A DNA stretch of 64,000 bases. Origin: Scenedesmus sp. PABB004. Its lineage: Eukaryota. The translations under genes were made by a program, and so were the position numbers. Location: the NCBI GenBank assembly GCA_014905635.1, contig CM026547.1, positions 4,278,001 through 4,342,000 of the forward strand, given 5' to 3'. How positions within the stretch are numbered: the first letter of the stretch is position 1; each line of letters begins with the position of its first letter. The notes under the pieces are model-generated. The model was not told where the DNA came from. It searched no databases and was given only the letters and a program-made list of their open reading frames with translations. This document shows, in pieces, positions 60,201 to 64,000 of this stretch.

Positions 60201-60970
60201 ACCACGCCGCCCGGCGACGCGCACACGCCCGCGCCCGCCGAGCCGGCCGGCGCGCTCGCGCGCGGCCAGGCCGCCACGCCGGCGACCGCCGCGGCGCAGC
60301 TCGCGGCGCAGCTCGCGGCGGTGAGCCCGAGCGTGCTCACGCCGGGCGTGGCGTCGGCGATGGCGGCCGCGGGCGCCGCCGCGGCGGGCGGGGCGGGCGG
60401 CAGCCTGGAGGTCATCCGGACCAAGCTGGCCGTGCTCAAGGAGCAGATCGGCGCCAAGACCCAGCGGATGAGCGCGGAGAAGCAGGAGCGCATCGCGCGC
60501 CAGATCGCCAAGCTCGAGCACAGCCTCGCGTACGTGGAGCGGCACCGGGTGAGCCGGCGGCGCTGACACGCGCGGCGCAGCGCAGCGGGTGCGCGGGGCG
60601 CCGCTGGCGCGCCGCTGACGCGCTGCAGGGCCGCGCCGAGCAGGCCGTCCGGAGCCACCTCGGCGCGACGCCCAGCCCCGCCGCGAGCCTCGCCTCGGGC
60701 GGCGGCGCCGGCGGCGCGAGCGCCGGCAGCAGCGCGGGCGCGCCCGCGCGGCGCGGCGACGGCGGCGCGGCGACGCCGCTCGGCTTTGGCTTCACGTCTG
60801 GCCGCGCCGGCGCCGCCGACGGCGACGGCGCCGCGGCCACGCCGCCCGCGCGGCGCGCGGCGAGGCCCGGCGGCGAGGCGAGCTGCGGCAGCACGCCGTT
60901 CTACACCCCGACCGGCCGCAGCGGCCGCGGCGGCGGCGGCGACGACTGCGCGGACGACGGCGGGCGGTGA
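57204..60970 (+). CDS. Uncharacterised protein: signal peptide, small Cys-rich segment, TM helix, long coiled coil
   Basis: MTRAALLAALLACLAVQTC; CGPDAGCEACD; TM AWQLACAALAALAAALFV; several E/Q/L/A-rich exons bounded by GT/GC-AG sites. Confidence 0.65.
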
Positions 60971-62000
60971 GGGGCCTGGGTGCTGGCTGGCCATGGGCCT
61001 GGGGATGGGGACGGGCATTTGATCTCTCTGGACCGGCGCGGGCCCAGCGCGATCGCCGCGTGTGTGGCGCGGGATGCCACCGCGGCGCCGCGCCCGCCAG
61101 CGCTGTGAGGCCGCCGCGCCTCCCCGTGGGCCGCGCCGGCGCGCAACGTAACTGACAGGCCGTGTCGTCACGCTCGCGCCGCAGCTGCCAGCCAGCCTTC
61201 TCGCGCGTGGTCGCCTGCGACTGCTCGCTGGCCAGCAGCCTCGGTGGTCGGGGGATGCGGTGGGGCTTACTCAGCTGCCCCTCGCCCGCCCACTCGCCGG
61301 CAGCACGCTGCGGCCCTCGCGGTAGTCAAAAGTGCTCGGCCCTTGATCCCCCACCCCCACGCACACGCACACACGCTGGCTAGCAGTGACCACCACAGAC
61401 TGCGGCTGGTCTAGAGGGCCGAGAGCACGGTCACGCTGGGCGCAGACGGGGCTCCGCTGCGAGAGAGCACGCGCCCAGCTGTCATGCAGCCCCCTGCGCC
61501 GCCGCCAGCGACGACGCGCTGGCTTGAATGCAGGGGGGCTGCACTCACTCTGCCGGCGCGCGCGCGCGCGCGCAGTCGCGGCGCGCGGCGCGCGCGCCGC
61601 GGCAGCACACAAAAAGGGCGACAGCGCCTCAAGGGGGATCGCGCGAGGCAACATGGTTCCCCCCGGGCGCCGCGCCAGGATGCGGCACGCACGCAGGATC
61701 GCGGTGTTGTTGGGTACGGTGTTGGGTTCAACGCTCCGCAGCGCGGGCGGCCCCAGGCACGTGGGAGGCCGGGGCCGCGCCTCGCGCGGCCGTCGCAGGC
61801 CGGCACGCGCTGAACCAAGGGGTGCGGGCGCCGAGCCGCCCGCCCATTGCTCCCTGCCGCCGCCCTGCCCGCCCTCCCGACCCGCCCCGCCGCCCCTCGT
61901 CGCCGGTTGGGTTTCTGGCCTGTTTGAAGCGCAGCACGTCGCGAGCAGCGGCAGCAATCAGCGTTTGCGTCCAGCGGTTGGTTCCGCCGCGCGCCCCGGG

Positions 62001-63731
62001 TCAGCGCGCGCGCGCCGCGCGCCGGCCGCCCGGCGCGCCGCCGCCGCGCGGCGCGCTCTTGAGGTAACCAAATTTTTCCATGTCGCACGCGTACCAGCGG
62101 CTGACCGCGTCGAGGCAGTGCGCGTGCGCGCCGCCGTACGGCCGCGACACGTTGCCGGCGCGTACGTTTTTGGGGACGAGCGGGTTGTACGGCAGCTCCG
62201 GCAGCCCCGCGTCGCGCCGCGCGTTGATGGCCTTGACCACGAGCGTCCAGTCCTCGTTCGCCGACTCCACGCGCCCCACAAAGTCGACCGCCCAGTCGCC
62301 GCTCTGGGTGACCATGCAATGGTGCTGCGAGCGCGCGGCGGCGGCACGGCACGGCGTCGGCGCGCGCGGCCGTCGCCCGCGCCGCCGGCCCCCGGCCGCG
62401 CGCCCGCCGGCGGGCGGGGGGCCCGTGCTATAGGGGCGTCGGGCCTTAAACCCTAAACCCTAAGTCCCCACCTGGTCCATCATGTGGAAGTACATGTATG
62501 ACTTGCTTCGGTAGAGGCACCCCGCGTCGGCCACGCGGTCGCTCGAACCCCAGGGGTCGGTGCAAAAGGTCGACCAGTCCATCTGGCAGCGCGGCGCCGT
62601 CACGTTGTCCCTGCGCGCGCGCCGCCGAGGGCGGGCGGGCCGGCGGGCGTCGGCCGGGCGCCCCAGCGCCGCGCCCAGCGGCGCGCGCCGCCGCCGCGGC
62701 GGCCGGCGCCAGCGCTTTCCGCACCCGAGCATACACCCGTCGCTCTGCATATACTTGAACAGGCTGTAAGCGCGCTTCCAGGGGTTGCGCACAAAGCCAA
62801 ACACGTAGTAGTCGCGCCACATGTCGGTGATGTTTTTGGGGTCGCGGTAAAAGTGCTCCCAGCTGCTGTGCATGCCCATGCACGTGCTCGCGTTGTGCCC
62901 GCGCGTGCGCACGTTGTTGCACTCGCCGAGCTCGTCCACGATGCTCGTGCTTGCGGCCTTGGGGCTGCGGATGTAGATGTACTTGTACCTGGCAGCGGCG
63001 GGGCGGCGGGGCAGGCAGGGGAGGCGGGGCGCGGGCGTGGGCGGCGCGCCGGCGCGGGCGTGGCTGCGGCAGCGCACAGCGGCGCGCGCGCGCACGCGCT
63101 GCTGTCGCCGCCGCCGCCGCCAGCAGCACACGCTCGCTCACTTGTGGTTGATGAACACGTGGCAGCCGGGGAAGGGCAGCGGCGGGTGGTCGGCGGCGGC
63201 GCAGGTGTAGCTCTCCCGCGTCGCGGCGCCCTGGCCGCGCAGCGTGCGGTTGAGCCGCCACGACAGGAAGGAATCGAAGCGCGCCTCCGACTGCTTGGTG
63301 GACCAGGCCTCCCACGCAAGGTGGCCCTTCTTGGCCACCGGGCCCCAGATCGTCGGCTGCAGCGCCTCCACGTCCGGCTCGGCGCCGAGCTCGGGGAAGG
63401 CCGCCGTGAACGTCGTGCCGCGCACCGATGCGGGGCCGGTCGCCGCCGCCGCGCCCACGAGCGCAGCGGCGGCGGCGGCGGCGCCGCCGTCGTCGCCGCC
63501 GCCGGCGCCGCCGGCCTCGTCGATGCGCGCCGCCTGGTCCGCCTCGGCGCGGTCTTGCATCTGCAGGTGGCGCGAGTCGTTCCAGCCAAACTTGCCGCCG
63601 CTGCTGGCGCCCGCGCGCACCGACGCGCTGCGCACGCTGCTCCACTCCGCGAACAGCGCGACGAGGATGACGCAGGACAGCGCGCCCAGGAAGGGCCGCC
63701 CCCGCGCGACCCAAAACGGCGGCGCCGGCAT
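62001..63731 (-). CDS. Golgi-type sulfotransferase (Sulfotransfer_2 family), 4 exons
   Basis: N-terminal TM FLGALSCVILVALFA; 5'-PSB YIRSPKAASTS; 3'-PB FGFVRNPWKRAYSLF; DFVGRVES; YACDMEKFGY. Confidence 0.9.
62444..62463 (-). repeat. Interstitial telomere-like (TTTAGGG)n remnant in an intron
   Basis: CCTTAAA CCCTAAA CCCTAA on the plus strand, a few nt inside the donor end of a sulfotransferase intron. Confidence 0.75.
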
Positions 63732-64000
63732 GCCGCCGGGCGGTCGCCGCCCCGCGCTGCCGGGGTACGAGGGGCGCCCCAGCGCGGCGGGCTCGCGCGC
63801 GCACGCGCGCACGCCGCCCGCTTCCGCTGTAGCGCCGACCGCGGTCCCGGGGCCGGCGTGGGTGCCGCCGGTGCCGCGGACACACTGCCGCCGCCGCTGT
63901 GCTCCGCGCGCGCGCGCAGCTGCCGCCGCTGGGCGGCGGGCCGGCCGGCTGCCCGGAGCTGGCCGCCGTTCGCTGGGGCTGCGTCGGCCCGGCTCCTGTG

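Noticed and set aside
61160..61995. Possible gene in the lower-GC interval between the coiled-coil gene and the sulfotransferase
   Set aside because: No coding-like codon pattern or motifs; consistent with convergent 3' UTRs
1..64000. Hundreds of long Arg/Ala/Pro/Gly-rich ORFs on all six frames (e.g. 57584..61171 minus, 5042..6730 minus)
   Set aside because: Stops are rare at this GC content; these are antisense shadows or intron read-throughs with no family motifs

Overview
Eukaryotic nuclear DNA, extremely GC-rich (estimated by eye at >75%), gene-dense, with many short introns. TGTAA-type poly(A) signals, TTTAGGG repeats, an SBP transcription factor and plastid-targeting presequences point to a chlorophyte green alga, probably Sphaeropleales-like (inference). 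About 20 mostly spliced protein-coding genes were reconstructed by eye: S8 subtilase, LEA-like plastid protein, alpha/beta hydrolase, FAD monooxygenase, BTB-BACK-SBP factor, SMC6, TRAPPC2L, F-box/SMI1 protein, frataxin, AASDH, CCDC12, TSNAXIP1-like protein, D2HGDH, GH130/GT91-like propeller, MED27, DDX42, LPCAT-type MBOAT, EngB, a coiled-coil protein and a sulfotransferase. Most ORFs in the supplied track are GC-driven artefacts or exon/intron read-throughs. The notable observations are: a BTB-BACK domain fused to an SBP DNA-binding domain; a Tudor-like domain spliced onto SMC6; an intronic hairpin in MED27 built from copies of the exon/splice-donor sequence; a ~720 bp inverted duplication of the hydrolase 5' end; an unusually high number of GC-AG introns; and telomere-like repeats at splice sites. 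No rRNA, tRNA, CRISPR array or transposase was seen. Gene coordinates are start-to-stop spans including introns.
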